Origin: Bacillus subtilis subsp. subtilis str. 168
GTDB lineage: Bacteria > Bacillota > Bacilli > Bacillales > Bacillaceae
Reading direction: 5' to 3'
Assembly (NCBI RefSeq): GCF_000009045.1
Contig: NC_000964.3
Location: forward strand, 3,810,001-3,842,000
DNA length: 32,000 nt
In this document: in pieces, positions 29,863-32,000 of the stretch
How the letters are laid out: the number at the start of each line of letters is the position of its first letter
Position numbering within the stretch: position 1 is the first letter of the stretch
Position numbers and translations under genes: made by a program
The notes under the pieces: model-generated
What the model was told of the DNA's origin: nothing
Databases searched by the model: none
The model's input: the letters and a program-made list of their open reading frames with translations, nothing else

Positions 29863-31012
29863 CCTGCTGAAGACTCATCAATTTTCAACTATTTCAATCG
29901 CCGCGAGCTTTCTGAAACCGATCGAAAGCGCGGCGGAACCTGAGGAAGAAACGATTTATTTTTACGGCGCCGCCGCATACCTGAAGGAGCAAATCATTGA
30001 CGCTTTTGGTTATGCTGCCGGCAGCCGTTTCATGTACTCAGCGAATCTCTTTTTTGATCAGCAGCTGAAAACCTGCGGGACCCGTTTGATTCACCCATTA
30101 TATAACGGGAATCTTCATGTTGACGCCCTGATGAAAACTTTTGCAGACTTGTCTTTCCCTTCTTCTCTTTCATTCGAAGCATTTGAAAAGGCCAGGAATG
30201 AGCTGCTGCTGAAAATCGAAAAGAAATTCACTGATCCCTTCTCCTACTCGGCGGCTCGCTTGGCTGAGGAGGTCTTCGGAAACCCGATGTACGGCACAGG
30301 CATGTTTGGCCGGAGAGACAGGATAAAGGCGATTCATCCTAAACGGTTTCTCGACGCAACGGACTTTATCGTTGATTTAGTGTCCCAGCAAAAACAGCTG
30401 AACATATTGGGACAAGTACAAGCATGTGATGTTCGGGGACATGCCCCGCAAACGTCCGCTGTAACGTCCGGAAGAATACCCGTAAACCGGCATGTTTTTG
30501 AAACAGAGACACGCAGCGCTGCAGGTCCTTCCGTCTTGACACTCGGATTTGACTGCGGAGAGATGAAAGATGCCAGCGATTATATCAAAATACAGCTAAT
30601 AGACGGATTACTGGGAAAGTACGGCCATTCCGCTTTATTCAAGCACTTCAGAGAGAAGGATCTGGCAGTCTATCACGTTATCACCCGTTACGATGTCATG
30701 AACAATTTGCTGCTTGTTTCAATATGTACAGATCAGCTTCATGAGAAAGACATTCCCCCGCGCGTTTTGGAAGCTGTCTCAGCTTTTCATACAGATGAGC
30801 GGGAACTAGAACAGGCAAAGCAGTTTTTACGCAATGAATTGCTGCTGCAATTCGATTCTCCCGAAGGTCTATTGGCCTATATGGGGGTCCTGCGCCGCTT
30901 CTCCTGCACGAAAGAAGCCTTGCTGGATGGCATCTCAGCGGTTACATGCCGTGATGTATTGCAATTCATAGCGACCATCAATTATATCGGAGCTCATGTA
31001 GTAAGGGGATGA
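29852..31012 (+). CDS. albE: AlbE, M16 peptidase-like protein lacking a visible HxxEH; TTG start at 29852 preferred
   Basis: 386 aa (M)EVNLLKTHQFSTISIAASFLKPI...; DGLLGKYGHSALFKHFREKDLAVYHV resembles M16 non-catalytic domains. Confidence 0.88.
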   Translation: MEVNLLKTHQFSTISIAASFLKPIESAAEPEEETIYFYGAAAYLKEQIIDAFGYAAGSRFMYSANLFFDQQLKTCGTRLIHPLYNGNLHVDALMKTFADLSFPSSLSFEAFEKARNELLLKIEKKFTDPFSYSAARLAEEVFGNPMYGTGMFGRRDRIKAIHPKRFLDATDFIVDLVSQQKQLNILGQVQACDVRGHAPQTSAVTSGRIPVNRHVFETETRSAAGPSVLTLGFDCGEMKDASDYIKIQLIDGLLGKYGHSALFKHFREKDLAVYHVITRYDVMNNLLLVSICTDQLHEKDIPPRVLEAVSAFHTDERELEQAKQFLRNELLLQFDSPEGLLAYMGVLRRFSCTKEALLDGISAVTCRDVLQFIATINYIGAHVVRG

Positions 31013-31016
31013 AGAG

Positions 31017-32000
31017 ATGGAAAAGAAAGCCTTTTTTCAACAGCTGGATGAACGAACCGATATCAGATACACAGACAGCGGACTAAAAATATTCAGATTG
31101 AAATTCCCCCGCGCCCACCTGCGGCTGTGCAATGTAAAAATCGATTTTGGAAGCCGGGATGTATGTATACGGGCAGAATCCGGTGATACACTGCTTCCGT
31201 ATGGCACAGCACATTTTTTAGAGCATCTTCTCTTCTGGCATAACGGCCGCAATCTGTACAGTGATTTTTTTGCGCATGGCGCGCTTTTAAACGCATTCAC
31301 TACCTACACCGATACCAATTTCATGTTTACCTCATTACCGGATCGGCTCAGACAAACGATTCCCATCCTGCTTGATGCTTTATGGAACCACTCATTTGAC
31401 AAGAAGATTGTCGCTCAGGAAAAAGCTGTGATTACAAGCGAAATTCAAACAGCACACCTTAACCATCAGCTCTCATATCATTATCAGCTGATCAGCATGC
31501 TTTCTCCCTCCTCACCAGCTGCCGTTTTCCCCGCAGGCAGAATCGAAGATATTGAGGCGCTGGACATCAGTGATTTACAAAAAGCCTATAAGGCTGCCTA
31601 CCAAGCCCATCGGATGACGCTGTTTTTGATTGGGGGCTCAGAAAATACAGAAACGCTTTTGCCTCCTCACCTCCAGCTGGAAAAGCGTCCGGATTATCAT
31701 GCTGAAAGAAAAATCATCCCGGCATGCCCTCCAGTCCTCTCACAAAAAATGATGCTGGGTGATGAGGAGCGGATGGAAGATACCTGGACCGGATTACAGA
31801 TCGGCGCACTTCCCGGGCAAAACGATCTGTTGTCGATAAAGCTTTATTGGGATATCGCGGCTCGTATTCTATTTCAATTAGATTCACCGTTTTTTCAAGA
31901 GATTCAGCAAACGTACCGCCTGGAAATCGATCGCTTGTCAGCCGAGACTTATATATATGAGGATGGCGGTTTCTTGATCCTTCACAGTCAAGGGACCCAT
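31017..32000 (+). CDS. albF: AlbF M16-family zinc protease, 3' end truncated by the window
   Basis: ATG GAA AAG AAA GCC...; HFLEHLLF (HxxEH) in YGTAHFLEHLLFWHNG; open to the window end. Confidence 0.93.
   Translation, partial: MEKKAFFQQLDERTDIRYTDSGLKIFRLKFPRAHLRLCNVKIDFGSRDVCIRAESGDTLLPYGTAHFLEHLLFWHNGRNLYSDFFAHGALLNAFTTYTDTNFMFTSLPDRLRQTIPILLDALWNHSFDKKIVAQEKAVITSEIQTAHLNHQLSYHYQLISMLSPSSPAAVFPAGRIEDIEALDISDLQKAYKAAYQAHRMTLFLIGGSENTETLLPPHLQLEKRPDYHAERKIIPACPPVLSQKMMLGDEERMEDTWTGLQIGALPGQNDLLSIKLYWDIAARILFQLDSPFFQEIQQTYRLEIDRLSAETYIYEDGGFLILHSQGTH

Overview
The 32 kb window is ordinary chromosomal backbone of a Bacillus subtilis-group organism. This is judged from recognised proteins and gene order; no database search was possible. 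Order, left to right: ywjG, pyrG (-), rpoE/delta (-), acdA-fadF (-), ywjE/clsB (+), uvsE (+), ywjC (+), ywjB (-), ywjA (-), ywiE/clsC (-), narGHJI (-), arfM (-), ywiC (+), fnr (-), narK (-), argS (-), ywiB (-), then the subtilosin A operon sboA-sboX-albA-albB-albC-albD-albE-albF (+, albF runs off the window). The standout system is the subtilosin A sactipeptide cluster. Its precursor (sboA, 43 aa), the overlapping TTG-start sboX (50 aa) and albB (53 aa, TTG start) are absent from the supplied ORF track and were read directly from the nucleotides. The system itself is known. Regulatory features read from sequence: three FNR boxes (narK, narG, arfM/ywiC), the pyrG GGGCTC start with its leader attenuator, a FadR-like operator between fadF and ywjE, SigB-like promoters for ywjC and ywiE, and several intrinsic terminators. 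Less-described leads: YwjC aligns without gaps to HPr with Thr in place of His15 and Ser46 retained; a terminator-bounded hydrophobic ORF remnant lies between narI and ywiE; one FNR box may serve both arfM and ywiC; and the arfM stop codon lies in a terminator loop. No CRISPR, tRNA, rRNA, IS or prophage was found.
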